Source: a virus
Length of the DNA stretch: 64,000 nucleotides
Strand: one strand, 5' to 3'
Virus record (IMG/VR): IMGVR_UViG_3300037541_000522
Location: 33,812 to 97,811 of that record
The notes beneath the pieces were generated by a model that saw only the letters and a list, made by a program, of their open reading frames with translations, made no database searches and was not told the origin of the DNA. The position numbers and the translations under genes are program-made. Every line of letters starts with the position of its first letter. Within the stretch, counting starts at the first letter, position 1. Below are positions 1 to 10,306 of this stretch, in pieces.

Positions 1-294
1 AACTTTTCCATCCTTAGGATCAATACAGTTAACTGCATAGCTCCAGGAGCACTTCAAGTCAGGATACGAATCTTGTACCCAATCTTTTTCTAGATTATCA
101 AATTTTTCTTTTTCACGACTAAAAGCTAGACATTCAATAGGAATATCTTTGTTATTAGTACCTTTTACCCAGTATACATAGCGTGGAAGAACCCCACCAA
201 TAAGCCTAACAGAGTTTTCTCCGTCTTTGTACTCGTAAGATTCAACTTTAGATGTTTGTGCTTTGCCTTTGGTTTGTTTAAATGAGAGTGCCAT
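1..294 (-). CDS. D11: T5 D11-like ssDNA-binding protein (runs off the window edge)
   Basis: Manual translation MALSFKQTKGKAQTSKVESYEYKDGENSVRLIGGVLPRYVYW; the GVLPRYVYW motif and position after D10 match T5 D11. Confidence 0.8.
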   Translation of the reverse strand, partial: MALSFKQTKGKAQTSKVESYEYKDGENSVRLIGGVLPRYVYWVKGTNNKDIPIECLAFSREKEKFDNLEKDWVQDSYPDLKCSWSYAVNCIDPKDGKV

Positions 295-679
295 TTGTTT
301 CCTCGTATATAAATTTTATATGTGCGTGTTTAATTATTAATAGCGGATTGTGTTTAATTGTAGCTATATTTAAGTCTGGGTATAAGGTTAAGTCAAGATG
401 TTTTTGTTTTATGGTTTTATAGGAAAGATAATCTCTGCGTCCAGCTAGCCTAATATACTGTGCCTTAAATATTGCATCTGTTATTTTATCTTCAAATAGT
501 GCTTTTGGATTTAACAAATAACTACTGCCTGCTTCTAGCCCCAAAATAGGTTTGTACTTTTCTCGTGCATTTTTAGGTATCCGAATACCAAGAAAACACT
601 TATGTAGAGCTGCAACTAAATATTCAGGGTCGTTGTTTGTAGCAAACTCTAATTTGTTTAGGTTAAAAAAGAAGATCAT
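278..679 (-). CDS. conserved hypothetical protein between D10 and D11
   Basis: 133-aa ORF with its own sigma70 promoter; T5-like synteny. Confidence 0.65.
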   Translation of the reverse strand: MIFFFNLNKLEFATNNDPEYLVAALHKCFLGIRIPKNAREKYKPILGLEAGSSYLLNPKALFEDKITDAIFKAQYIRLAGRRDYLSYKTIKQKHLDLTLYPDLNIATIKHNPLLIIKHAHIKFIYEETNGTLI

Positions 680-697
680 TCTTTGAAGTAAAATAAT

Positions 698-726
698 ATT
701 ATATCACTTTGTAGAACATTTTGCAA
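698..726 (-). promoter_or_regulatory. sigma70-type phage early promoter
   Basis: TTGCAA-N17-TATAAT with AT-rich upstream element; the same design recurs many times in the window. Confidence 0.75.
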
Positions 727-737
727 GTCAAAATTTT

Positions 738-2030
738 TTAAACCGTTTCAATGTGCCAGCCCTTTCTAAGGTACAAGCCTAGGCGGTTTCTGTTTTGCTT
801 TTTATCAGCCCAACCAGCAAACTGTAGATCTACTACTAGTGGATCTAATTTACCAGGATGTTGTCGTTGTATTCTACCAATAACTTGCTCTAACAAGCTA
901 TCGTTGTTCATTGGTATTGCTAGGATAACACAGGAGAGTGAGTTGATTGAGATTCCTTCTGAGAAGATTTGTCTGCTACCAGCAATCGACATTTTTTCAC
1001 GGTTAAGGAGCTGTTGTTTAATCGTCTGACGCTCATCAAACCCGGTTTCGCCAGTAACCAACACACAATTTTCTCCGATGTATTCTTTGACATTTCGTAA
1101 AAACTCCACCCTATCTGCAATTATAAGTACTTGATGCCCTGTTTCTATTTCTTGTTTAGCAATGCCAGCAATAAACTCTTGATAACTGGTATCGTTTGCT
1201 AGTGTATTTACTTTTTCAACCCATGTAGCGCCATGTTTAAGTGTGATTCCAGTGTTAACTGTCCTGACCGTTGGGGCCAGTGTGTTACTTTGTGGGGGCT
1301 TGATAACATGATTTCCAAAATAATCTTGAAATAAGACGTGTTTTCCATCTTTACGTTGCATTGTTCCCGACAGAGCAATGCGAAATCTACTGTGAAAAGT
1401 GTCAATAATTTGTGTAAATGTTGTTGCTGGACAGTGGTGTGCTTCATCTAGAATAATTGTTCCAAATTCTTTGCTTAGTGTATTACAGTGCTTTACAAGC
1501 GTTTGCACATTAGCCACAGTAATAGCATGATCTTCCCAATCTAACTTACCACTACCTATAATTCCAGCTCTAATACCAAATAGGTTTTCTACTTCTTCAC
1601 ACCATTGATCTCTAAGCGCTGTAGTGTGAGTAATTACTAGTGTTTTTTGACCCAGCTTTCTAGCAAGATGTAGTGCGGTAAATGTTTTACCCCAGCCTAC
1701 TAGTGCATTAATAAAGCAGGTATCTGTAATCTCGTCACATACGGCCTGTTGTTCTGGGCGTAGCTCAAACTTAGGGTCTGGAAACGGAGCAGGAACAAGT
1801 ACTCGTTTATCTACTACTTCCCAGCCTTGAGGAATTAAATCTTTACGGCCTTGTGGAACACTAATAATACCATTACCAATTATTTTATAGTTTCTAATAG
1901 TTTCTATACTACTAAAATGTTTACTACCAGTATCTTTTTTAAACTTATAGGTAAGAGTATCAATAATTTTTTTAGATAGTTCTGCACCTGGATCATTTAA
2001 GTATATTTTATTACTTATGACTGCTTTCAT
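738..2030 (-). CDS. D10: SF2 DEAH helicase (T5 D10-like)
   Basis: GWGKT Walker A, DEAHH, SGT motif III, QVIGRIQR motif VI. Confidence 0.9.
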   Translation of the reverse strand: MKAVISNKIYLNDPGAELSKKIIDTLTYKFKKDTGSKHFSSIETIRNYKIIGNGIISVPQGRKDLIPQGWEVVDKRVLVPAPFPDPKFELRPEQQAVCDEITDTCFINALVGWGKTFTALHLARKLGQKTLVITHTTALRDQWCEEVENLFGIRAGIIGSGKLDWEDHAITVANVQTLVKHCNTLSKEFGTIILDEAHHCPATTFTQIIDTFHSRFRIALSGTMQRKDGKHVLFQDYFGNHVIKPPQSNTLAPTVRTVNTGITLKHGATWVEKVNTLANDTSYQEFIAGIAKQEIETGHQVLIIADRVEFLRNVKEYIGENCVLVTGETGFDERQTIKQQLLNREKMSIAGSRQIFSEGISINSLSCVILAIPMNNDSLLEQVIGRIQRQHPGKLDPLVVDLQFAGWADKKQNRNRLGLYLRKGWHIETV

Positions 2031-2033
2031 TTG

Positions 2034-2573
2034 CTAGATTAGCCTGTAGGTAGTTTTAAATTGATCCAAGTATAAGCCGTATAACATATAACCTAAACCC
2101 CACTGTAGTATACCAGCATAGCGTTCACCATTTTGTGGATGTCTGAGAGACTTAAATCTCTGATCTAGACCCTCAATTTCTAGAATACACCCTAGATTGG
2201 TCGCAGGTAACACCCTTTTAATCTTCCGGCAAACCAGCTTGGCGCGTGTGGATTTTTTGTACTGAAATAAGTTTCCATGGTTGTCTATAAACCATGTAGT
2301 AGGCTTTGCTAATTTTATTAAATCCACCAAGAAGTATATTGCGCGAGTAATAGGAAACAGTTTTGATTGGTCAAGCTGATATTTTAAGTGCAATCGTCTC
2401 AGCCCTAGGGTCGGTGCATCTACAGTTCTATCGTCTACAAGACGAAAACCTATAAAACTATTTGTAGAATCTTTATCTACGTACTCTTTAGAGTAGAACA
2501 CAACCCCATCCTCAACAGTAGGCTTGTGCTCTCCTAGTCTAAATACGGGCCAGACGATCTCCCCTAAATTCAT
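2034..2573 (-). CDS. conserved T5-like hypothetical protein downstream of DNA polymerase
   Basis: Probable start MNLGEIVWP overlapping the polymerase 3' end; synteny. Confidence 0.65.
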   Translation of the reverse strand: MNLGEIVWPVFRLGEHKPTVEDGVVFYSKEYVDKDSTNSFIGFRLVDDRTVDAPTLGLRRLHLKYQLDQSKLFPITRAIYFLVDLIKLAKPTTWFIDNHGNLFQYKKSTRAKLVCRKIKRVLPATNLGCILEIEGLDQRFKSLRHPQNGERYAGILQWGLGYMLYGLYLDQFKTTYRLI

Positions 2574-4821
2574 AAGTTTCCTCAAAAGATCCAAAACTGT
2601 AGTCATCACCAATATCTTGGTCTACTCCAATAGGTGAGCCAGAAATACTGCACCCACGATCAGTTTGAGTTCTAGTTTTTAGGATTTTGCAATAAGTATC
2701 AACATCTTTTTCATTAACTAGCGCAACAATAGAGTCATGTACTAACATGAATATTTTAGCATCCAAACCAAGTTTATTGACTTCTTGTTGAGTTTCCATT
2801 GCAGCCAGCAAGTTCATATCGCTGGCTAGAGATTGTACTTCGCTGTTAATACCGCTGCGTACCTCGTGCGCTGCAATACCTTTATCACTAGAAAACACAT
2901 TGGGCAACCTACGCTTTCTGCCAAAAAAGCTATAAGTAAACCCATTTTCTTCAATAAACCGTTTGCGACCGTCCAGCCACTTTTTTAGTTTATTAAACTT
3001 GTTAAAATATGCGTCAATGTCATCTTGTGCCTGTCTAACTGGATAAGGCTTTCCAGTAGCTTTTGTAACAGTTACAGACACTTTTTGAGCACCAGATCCA
3101 TATAGGATACCAAAGCTAATAGCCTTAGCACTTTGCCGCATTTCTGGGTATAGTTTCTTAACCTGATCTACTTCACAAGGCAGATTAAACACCATTTTAG
3201 CAATCGTACTGTGAAAGTCTCCGCCGCTGCTAAACACTTGTTGCAGGTTTTTATCTGCACTTAATACAGCCGCATAATACATCTCTGCAGTAGTCAAGTC
3301 TTGCGAGATTATTTTGTAGCCCAAGGGAGCTCGGATACATCCTTTAATAATTGGATCATCTCGTGGTATTTGTTGTGCATTAAATTTACCGCTAGAACTA
3401 AGTCGGCCACTTGTTGTGAAAATAAGATTAAAATTAGTCCTAATTCTACCATCTTTGTCTAGCTCCGGCAGGATTTTATTGATATAAGTATTTTGAATTT
3501 TACCTAATTGCCTAACCTTTAGGATAGCACCTGGCAGAGGGTGTTCTTCACTAAGTTTTTCTAGGACTTCGGCGTCTGTAGAAACCGCTCCGGTACTAGT
3601 TTTTTTACCTGTAGGCTGTAGTCCAACATAGTCGAATAGTACCTCACGTAGATGAAACACAGAATTAGCGTTAAAGATTTTACCAGAATCTTTTTCAAAT
3701 TCTTGTACCTCCTTGTAGGTAAATATAGCCTGTTTTGCTTCTTCAATCTGATCGTCTAGATAAAGTTTTGCTGCCTGCATTCTTTTTACACTAATAGGAA
3801 TACCTACTTCTTCCATATTCATGAGAAACACAGTACCATCGATTAACAGATTTTTATATACCCACAAAAACTTATCATTCTTTTGAATAATAGGCCAGAA
3901 CTTTTGATATAGCTCATAGGTTACAGCAGTATCAATACTTGCATATTCTGAGATAATATCAAAAGGAATCAAATCATAGGTAAACTGCTCTTCTAGAATA
4001 CCTTTTGATCTACAGTATTCTTTTTTGAAAGTGTCTAGAGCAGAATCATAATCACCAAAATCTGTGTACTTTAGGGCTAGTTCTTTTAAGCCATGACTAT
4101 CAGTTTCATCAAGCACATAGTGCATAACCATAGTGTCATGAACATGGTCTGGTCTAAAGTCAATTCCAAGATGATAGCGAATCATCTTAAAGTCAAACTT
4201 TAGATTATGAAATACAATGTCAAAAGTATCAGCAATTTCTTGAATAAGCTGAATACATTCTTCATCTAGACAATCTGTAAGAATGTATCTGCCATGTTTT
4301 GACCTGTAGGTTACACTAAGGCCAAGCACATAGCCATCTCGAGGATATAGTGCGGTAGTTTCTGTATCCATACACACCACGCCCTGGGCACCAGCCAAAA
4401 CCTCCCTAAAGAATTCTTTAGCCTCTACAGTATCATCAATACCCTTATAGTCGCCAGCCTGTAGTGGCTTAACTTCACCATTATAAATTTTGATGATTTT
4501 GTCTAGTGCACGCTCAAAGTCAGGTTTACCCTCTGGCTTGAACGCAAGCATTGCCGGGTTAGTAATACACACAAACTTATCGTCTACTAGCTGCCCAGCC
4601 ATGTTAGTAACGCTGGTAACTTTAGCATATTCTTTAGCAGCTTCTGCGCCCACTAGAATAACTAGATCATACAGTTCATGATCAAAATCTAAATCAACAT
4701 CTTTTTTGAGCAACTTAGTAATAGGAACACTACTCATATGAAAGTGTTCAAACTCAAAAAGAAAGTAGTCAGAATATCTAGTTCTATTTGGTGCTTTGTC
4801 AATTAAGGCTACGCGCTTCAT
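2539..4821 (-). CDS. pol: DNA polymerase family A with 3'-5' exonuclease
   Basis: Exo I DTETT, HNLKFD, TSGRLSS, motif A QDLTTAE, motif B AKAISFGILYG, motif C LVHDS. Confidence 0.97.
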   Translation of the reverse strand: MKRVALIDKAPNRTRYSDYFLFEFEHFHMSSVPITKLLKKDVDLDFDHELYDLVILVGAEAAKEYAKVTSVTNMAGQLVDDKFVCITNPAMLAFKPEGKPDFERALDKIIKIYNGEVKPLQAGDYKGIDDTVEAKEFFREVLAGAQGVVCMDTETTALYPRDGYVLGLSVTYRSKHGRYILTDCLDEECIQLIQEIADTFDIVFHNLKFDFKMIRYHLGIDFRPDHVHDTMVMHYVLDETDSHGLKELALKYTDFGDYDSALDTFKKEYCRSKGILEEQFTYDLIPFDIISEYASIDTAVTYELYQKFWPIIQKNDKFLWVYKNLLIDGTVFLMNMEEVGIPISVKRMQAAKLYLDDQIEEAKQAIFTYKEVQEFEKDSGKIFNANSVFHLREVLFDYVGLQPTGKKTSTGAVSTDAEVLEKLSEEHPLPGAILKVRQLGKIQNTYINKILPELDKDGRIRTNFNLIFTTSGRLSSSGKFNAQQIPRDDPIIKGCIRAPLGYKIISQDLTTAEMYYAAVLSADKNLQQVFSSGGDFHSTIAKMVFNLPCEVDQVKKLYPEMRQSAKAISFGILYGSGAQKVSVTVTKATGKPYPVRQAQDDIDAYFNKFNKLKKWLDGRKRFIEENGFTYSFFGRKRRLPNVFSSDKGIAAHEVRSGINSEVQSLASDMNLLAAMETQQEVNKLGLDAKIFMLVHDSIVALVNEKDVDTYCKILKTRTQTDRGCSISGSPIGVDQDIGDDYSFGSFEETYEFRGDRLARI

Positions 4822-5678
4822 GTGTTATATCCAATATAATTTTTTATGCTGTCTACTGTTTCTTGATCTAGTTCGCCAGGGTCTGTATCTTCAGGTAGAT
4901 TTATAATTTCTACTAGAAATCCACAATCTTCAATTAGTGGTTTTAGTGTTTGCATAGCATTTTGACCTGCTTCGTCGCCATCAAACATCAAGTAGATTTT
5001 TGTTATACCTTGGGCTCTGTATGGTAATAGTTTAAGCTGTGTATCGTTTTGAAGTGTATTTGTACCAAATGTGCATACTACTGGGTGTAGTCCTTTATCG
5101 TAGACATTTAGTAAATCAAATATGCCTTCAACCATCACTAGGCTAGTTGATTCGTACGGCATATGTGGTGGGAATAAGGGAATCTGCACACCACTAGGAT
5201 AATTTACATATCTAGGATTGCCATTGCTCATAGTATGCCGGGCTACAAATACTTGGATTTTATTAGTAATGTCCCAAATAGGAAACACTATTCTATCCTG
5301 AAGTTTTTCTACTTGATTTGTATAAAATGCTTCAAATTTCTTTAAAGTTTTTGGACTAATACCTCTAAATTGCTTTGTGTAAGGAGTAGCTCCTAGAGGC
5401 ATATCTAGTCCAGTATTTGTAACCATAAGATCACGTAATTTTTTCTTTAATTTAGCTATTTTAATTGGTACTGGATTTGTAAAAACATTAAAATGTTTAA
5501 ATACATTTGTTTTAAATCCGCAGCTAAAGCAGTGGGCGACTCCAGTTACTCGATCTATTCTAAAACTAGGATTTGAATCGTCATGCTCTGGATTAATACA
5601 TTTTACAAGATAATCTCTGCCGCTTACGGTATAACTTAATCCTTGTTTTTGCAATAGTTCTAGTACTGGATCGCTCAT
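4818..5678 (-). CDS. DNA primase (Zn finger + TOPRIM)
   Basis: CxxxxH...CxxC Zn finger, VEGIFD, MFDGDEAG TOPRIM, DPGEL. Confidence 0.93.
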   Translation of the reverse strand: MSDPVLELLQKQGLSYTVSGRDYLVKCINPEHDDSNPSFRIDRVTGVAHCFSCGFKTNVFKHFNVFTNPVPIKIAKLKKKLRDLMVTNTGLDMPLGATPYTKQFRGISPKTLKKFEAFYTNQVEKLQDRIVFPIWDITNKIQVFVARHTMSNGNPRYVNYPSGVQIPLFPPHMPYESTSLVMVEGIFDLLNVYDKGLHPVVCTFGTNTLQNDTQLKLLPYRAQGITKIYLMFDGDEAGQNAMQTLKPLIEDCGFLVEIINLPEDTDPGELDQETVDSIKNYIGYNT

Positions 5679-7055
5679 TTATGTGTTCCAAGGTAGATCG
5701 TCTACTGGTTCTTGTGTTTTCTTAGTTTTTCCTGCGCGTTTTACTTTTTCTTCGTGCTCTGGTTTTTCTATAGTTTGAGGACTAATACGTAGTGTATCCC
5801 AATCAATAGGACAGGTAAACTGCATTTCTTTACCGCCACGTATTTTAGTAGTTTCAAAGGTAATTGCTTGCTTTTCTTTATCGTGTGCTTCCATTACTAA
5901 TGCAATATCGGCAGCATCAAGAATACCTTTTGAAAATCTTGCCTCACCACTGGCATCAATTTGATACGGACTTACTAGTACTATTTCATACTTACGAGCC
6001 AGATTCTTTAATTTTTTGGATACCTCAATTTGTGGTTTCCAGTCATACTGGTCTATACCATCGGCAACAATTTGATTTAAGTAGTCTACTACTACAACAG
6101 CTAGTTTATCGCCAAATCTAGCCTTCATTTTACCAATGTGCAAGTCAATAGCACCTATGCTCAAGTCTCTATCATCAACAATAACCATTTGATTGGTTTG
6201 TTTTAGACGATAGTTTCTGACTAGTGTTTCTTCAAATTTAAATCTATCTCTGTGACGCATAAACTCTAGAACGGTTTGATCCGCATCTTCAAACATCTCG
6301 GCTCTGGCTTTTACTACTTTAAGCACTTCTTCATCAGTTAATTTATTTTGTTTTAGGCTTTGATGATTAACATTAGCTAGAATAGCTAGGTTTCGCTCCA
6401 TTACTTCTATAGCTGTCATCTCTATGCTAAAGTAAAGGCAACTATTACCACTCTCATACTGATTAATAAAAATATTACTACTAGTAATACTCTTACCGCT
6501 ACCTCGTTTACCACCGATGAGTATGAGTTCCTGTCTAGCCACGCCGCCAAGCACAGCATCAAAAGTATTGTTAAGTCCAAGATAAACACGTTCTTTTTCT
6601 AACTCTTGAGGATTGCGGAATAGAAGAATATCGCTCATTGTGTATACTTTTTCACTAGTATGAGTCTTTTCTTCTATGGTTAGGGCTATTGTTGATAAGT
6701 TTTCTTTTATTTCGTTGGAGTCGTAAAGTGGCAGTTTGTCTACAAATTTATCTAATAATTTTACAGTTTCGTTCTGAGTATACTGATCTATAAGAGCATC
6801 AAGGGCTACTTCAGCACTAACATCGGGTAACTCAGTTAGCTTTAGTGTAGCTAGAGTTTTAGCTGCCGGACCTTCTCTAATAGTAAGTTCTAAGTCATCA
6901 AAGTTAGGTAGTTTATTATACCGTTCATAGTGCTTATTGATGACACTATACAAAGAGGAGTATGCCGGGTCTAAAAACACCAGCTTAAGCTTTGCCCATA
7001 TATCTAGGCTCTGCTCAGATAGCAATTTATTTAAGACTACGGCGGATACATCCAC
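5679..7055 (-). CDS. DnaB-like replicative helicase
   Basis: GKRGSGKS Walker A, FSIEM, VVVDYLNQ, KIRGG. Confidence 0.93.
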   Translation of the reverse strand: MDVSAVVLNKLLSEQSLDIWAKLKLVFLDPAYSSLYSVINKHYERYNKLPNFDDLELTIREGPAAKTLATLKLTELPDVSAEVALDALIDQYTQNETVKLLDKFVDKLPLYDSNEIKENLSTIALTIEEKTHTSEKVYTMSDILLFRNPQELEKERVYLGLNNTFDAVLGGVARQELILIGGKRGSGKSITSSNIFINQYESGNSCLYFSIEMTAIEVMERNLAILANVNHQSLKQNKLTDEEVLKVVKARAEMFEDADQTVLEFMRHRDRFKFEETLVRNYRLKQTNQMVIVDDRDLSIGAIDLHIGKMKARFGDKLAVVVVDYLNQIVADGIDQYDWKPQIEVSKKLKNLARKYEIVLVSPYQIDASGEARFSKGILDAADIALVMEAHDKEKQAITFETTKIRGGKEMQFTCPIDWDTLRISPQTIEKPEHEEKVKRAGKTKKTQEPVDDLPWNT

Positions 7056-7056
7056 A

Positions 7057-7356
7057 TTAACCTACCTTAGATTCATTGTCTACTATAACTTGGTCTATAA
7101 TTTCTGTAACTTTATAAACAATATTTTCTCGTAACTTTTTAATATCTTGCTGATAACTACTACCTTTGTCAAATAGTAGACTTAGCTGTTCATGTGTTAC
7201 GAGCTGTTGTAAGCCAAAATATATATGGTCGTATGCCATTGTAGATTCTGGCATGACTTCTACTTGAGCTTGGCGACCATAGTTATGTACTGCTTGCTTT
7301 ACTACTTCTTCTACAGTAAACGATTCTGTATCGTGATATGTGATTGTAACTTTCAT
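7057..7356 (-). CDS. hypothetical protein
   Basis: 99-aa ORF abutting the helicase start. Confidence 0.6.
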   Translation of the reverse strand: MKVTITYHDTESFTVEEVVKQAVHNYGRQAQVEVMPESTMAYDHIYFGLQQLVTHEQLSLLFDKGSSYQQDIKKLRENIVYKVTEIIDQVIVDNESKVG

Positions 7357-7375
7357 TTACAGTATCCAAAGTAAA

Positions 7376-7404
7376 AAGGCCGGGAGTTGATTAGACTCCC
7401 GGCC
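7376..7404 (-). terminator. intrinsic terminator after D5
   Basis: AGGCCGGGAGT stem pairing with ACTCCCGGCCT, followed by a T run on the minus strand. Confidence 0.75.
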
Positions 7405-7425
7405 TAGTGTTATGCCTAATCTAGA

Positions 7426-8172
7426 TTAGGCAGCAGCTTTAGCCTCGGCCTTGGCTTTCTTGTCTGCGCCTTTGTAATCGGCAACATTAATTCCGCGGCG
7501 GGTAAGAAGGGTACGAAGACCACGCTCAGTCTTATCAACTTCTTTGGCAATCTCTGCTACAGTCATAGTAGCAATACGACTACCAAGAGCAACGATAGGA
7601 TCAACCTGATCTTTAGCATGGGACTCGCGCTGTGCGGGAATCTTAGCAATTTGACCTTTACGAGTAAGGCTAAGAGCCTTGCCACGTACACTTGCAACAG
7701 TCTTGTTAAGGGCAGCAGCAATATCCTCGATAAAGGCACCGCGCTCAGCCATTTGAACAAATTTTGCTTCTTCAGCTTCTGTGTAAGTACGAGCAACTTC
7801 AACTTTCTCGGCAGGCTTTACAGCGCCGGTAAGTTCTAGGGCAAGAAGTTTACCCTGAATCTGTTTAGCAGTAAACTTGCCATCAGCAAAGTTTTCTGCA
7901 ATTTCTTTGTAGGTATAACGACCAACATTATCCTCAACAAAGTTGGCAAGATCATCAGTCTCGTCTTCGGTGAAGGCAGTGGTCTTTTCTTTGGCCATGC
8001 TAGCAACATCACGGTCTAGCTGGCGGAGTTTAGCAGCAATACTACGAGTAGTGAATCCAAGGGTTTCGGCGGCTTCTTCAACTTTAGCTACGCTAACGGG
8101 GCTTTGGCTACCAACGATTTGAAGCAGTTGGTCAACAACCTCGTCATTCCATTTTTTAGCTTTTTCAGTCAT
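7426..8172 (-). CDS. D5: T5 D5-like DNA-binding protein (tandem HTH repeats)
   Basis: Repeated HTH units (RSIAAKLRQL, KQIQGKLLAL, ASVRGKALSL, RGLRTLLTRRG); position after the ligase. Confidence 0.85.
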   Translation of the reverse strand: MTEKAKKWNDEVVDQLLQIVGSQSPVSVAKVEEAAETLGFTTRSIAAKLRQLDRDVASMAKEKTTAFTEDETDDLANFVEDNVGRYTYKEIAENFADGKFTAKQIQGKLLALELTGAVKPAEKVEVARTYTEAEEAKFVQMAERGAFIEDIAAALNKTVASVRGKALSLTRKGQIAKIPAQRESHAKDQVDPIVALGSRIATMTVAEIAKEVDKTERGLRTLLTRRGINVADYKGADKKAKAEAKAAA

Positions 8173-8926
8173 CTTTATTTTCTTTCAAAAATTGTTGTAG
8201 GTCTGTGATAATTTTAATATTTAGTTCTTCGGCACGTTTACGCTTAGAACTAGATTTGTCAGATTCGTCAACTAGAAAGTCTAGGGATTTGGTTACAGTT
8301 TCGGAAATTTTAAATCCAAGCTGTTCAAGTTGATCGTATGCTTCTTGTTTTGTTTTGAAACTTTTTAGTTTACCAGTAATACAAATAGTTTTTCTATCTT
8401 CTAGGGCATCTACTACATGGTTAGAGTGAAATGAGAACGGCAGAAATTCTCTCATTTCTTGAAAATCTGTTTGAATCCAATTCATAAGATTTTCGGTGGC
8501 TTTTTCCCCTAAACCAGCTTCACGGCATTTTTCTGTGGTAAGTTCGTCAATATGACTGATTACTTTAGAAACTTTCTGTGATGCGGTGTTACCAATTAAG
8601 GGAATACTAAAACTTGCTAGGACTTCGGCTAGACTTGCACTACGGCTGCGATTGATTTCATCAATCAGTTTCTCAGCCATACGCTCACTGCCCAAGCACT
8701 CAGCAATCTCACTTTCCTCTAGGTAGTAGAGTTCAGTAATATCTGCCAGTTCTAGTTTTTCTATAGTCTTAGAACCCATGCCCTTGATACCAAGGGTTTT
8801 GCAGAAGTGTTCTAACTTTTTATCAAGCTGAGCACTACAAGCCTGATTCCGGCAAAACAGCTGGTCATTAACCCACTCAAGTGGGTATTCACAACACGGA
8901 CAATTTGTGGGAATCGTGATTTTCAT
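8165..8926 (-). CDS. ligB: NAD-dependent DNA ligase subunit B (Zn finger, HhH, BRCT)
   Basis: CPCC...C...C, IKGMG HhH, ICITGKL BRCT. Confidence 0.9.
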   Translation of the reverse strand: MKITIPTNCPCCEYPLEWVNDQLFCRNQACSAQLDKKLEHFCKTLGIKGMGSKTIEKLELADITELYYLEESEIAECLGSERMAEKLIDEINRSRSASLAEVLASFSIPLIGNTASQKVSKVISHIDELTTEKCREAGLGEKATENLMNWIQTDFQEMREFLPFSFHSNHVVDALEDRKTICITGKLKSFKTKQEAYDQLEQLGFKISETVTKSLDFLVDESDKSSSKRKRAEELNIKIITDLQQFLKENKDD

Positions 8927-8952
8927 GGGGTTTTATCCAACAGAATATAAAT

Positions 8953-8981
8953 ATTATACACTAATTGTATAGGCTTAGCAA
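8953..8981 (-). promoter_or_regulatory. sigma70-type promoter between the ligase halves
   Basis: TTGCTA-N17-TATAAT. Confidence 0.7.
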
Positions 8982-9013
8982 GTCTAAATTTTACTTGCCC
9001 GAGCCTGATAAAT

Positions 9014-9970
9014 TTAGGCATCTACTTTGTGCAGCACACAGGGAATGATTTCTCCAGCCCTGATTACAGCTACCCTGTCGCCAATTTCAAGGCCCAGTGC
9101 TTCGATAAAGCCTGGATTGTTTAGGGTAGCTCGGCTCACTTGTGCATCGCCAATCATAACAGGTTCTAGAATAGCCACAGGGGTAACCTTGCCAGTTTTA
9201 CCTACTTGCCATTCTACGCCTAAGAGTGTAGTTTCTACGTGTTCAGCTCGTTCTTTTCTAGCGTATGCACCACGGGGATGCTTGCTAGTATAGCCCAAGG
9301 CTTCAAACTCTTGGTTTGAGTCACAACGAAATACTACACCATCACAAGGATAAATTTTATCTAAGTCTGCTTCCAAGACAGTTTGAAAACCCTGCTTACG
9401 CAGCCATTTCATATCTTGCGAATATGAGTCTGACCAGTGCGGGAATAAGCCATAGGCAAAGAAACTAATGGCTCGCGTTCTAAATTCATCTAGATCCTTT
9501 AGATTAAGGGAGCCAGCGGCATAGTTTCGGCTATTTTCAATATGGCTTGGAGCAACAATTTCTCCGGTAATTTGGAGAATAGGCGTATAGGAAATTTTAT
9601 GCGGTACTAGGTTAGTTGACAACAGCTTGTCAGTAATCAGTTGACCCTCTACTCCATCGCCCCGAGTAAGTGCTTGAACTAACTCGCCGTTGATGTAAAG
9701 CAGTGAGATGGCTGCGCCATCAAGTTTGGGAGTAACACTAACTTCCCGAACGCCTTCTAGTGGATTACGCTGACCCTCATCATCATAGAATTTCTGCAGA
9801 CTATACATTTGCCTAAAGTGTTTAGCCTTATTGGTCTGCGGAGCACTACCTACCTCGCCGTAGCCAATCAACTCAGCAAGACTATCAAACTGCTTATCAC
9901 TAATAATAGGCCAGCCGTCGTAATAGTGCTTGCTTGCTGTGTCAAGAAATTCTTTGAGTTTGTTTGTCAT
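9014..9970 (-). CDS. ligA: NAD-dependent DNA ligase subunit A (adenylation + OB)
   Basis: KLDG adenylation motif, TRGDG, DGVV, RAGEIIP. Confidence 0.93.
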   Translation of the reverse strand: MTNKLKEFLDTASKHYYDGWPIISDKQFDSLAELIGYGEVGSAPQTNKAKHFRQMYSLQKFYDDEGQRNPLEGVREVSVTPKLDGAAISLLYINGELVQALTRGDGVEGQLITDKLLSTNLVPHKISYTPILQITGEIVAPSHIENSRNYAAGSLNLKDLDEFRTRAISFFAYGLFPHWSDSYSQDMKWLRKQGFQTVLEADLDKIYPCDGVVFRCDSNQEFEALGYTSKHPRGAYARKERAEHVETTLLGVEWQVGKTGKVTPVAILEPVMIGDAQVSRATLNNPGFIEALGLEIGDRVAVIRAGEIIPCVLHKVDA

Positions 9971-9994
9971 GTTAAACTTTCACAAGAGTTTAAT

Positions 9995-10023
9995 ATTATA
10001 ACAGTTTAGGGTCGTGTGGTCAA
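9995..10023 (-). promoter_or_regulatory. sigma70-type promoter
   Basis: TTGACC-N17-TATAAT, with GACCCTAAA in the spacer. Confidence 0.7.
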
Positions 10024-10024
10024 G

Positions 10025-10306
10025 TTAGGATTTCTTGAGCTGGTTATGGTAGTGCTCAATGATTTCCTCACCCTCTGCTTCAGCGCAGATTTCCATCATG
10101 CCGTCAAGAAGGTTGTAAATATTCTCCATACTAGCTGGGAAACTTACACCTTCTCGGCTGGCAACCCACTCGCCTTCATAGCTTAAAAAGTATTTTCGGA
10201 GTTGAATATAGATTGTTTCCCTGAAGTCATTGACCACCAGTTTGATCTGAAAGCCTTTTTCCAAGTTTTCTTCTATAAGTTTTTCATAGATAATGTTATT
10301 ATCCAT
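10025..10306 (-). CDS. PC4/p15-like ssDNA-binding protein
   Basis: VNDFRETIYIQLRKY...W...REGVSF PC4-like signature; T5 synteny. Confidence 0.75.
   Translation of the reverse strand: MDNNIIYEKLIEENLEKGFQIKLVVNDFRETIYIQLRKYFLSYEGEWVASREGVSFPASMENIYNLLDGMMEICAEAEGEEIIEHYHNQLKKS

Noticed and set aside
8165-9970. Split NAD ligase as a novelty or frameshift error
   Set aside because: A two-subunit ligase is a known T5-family feature
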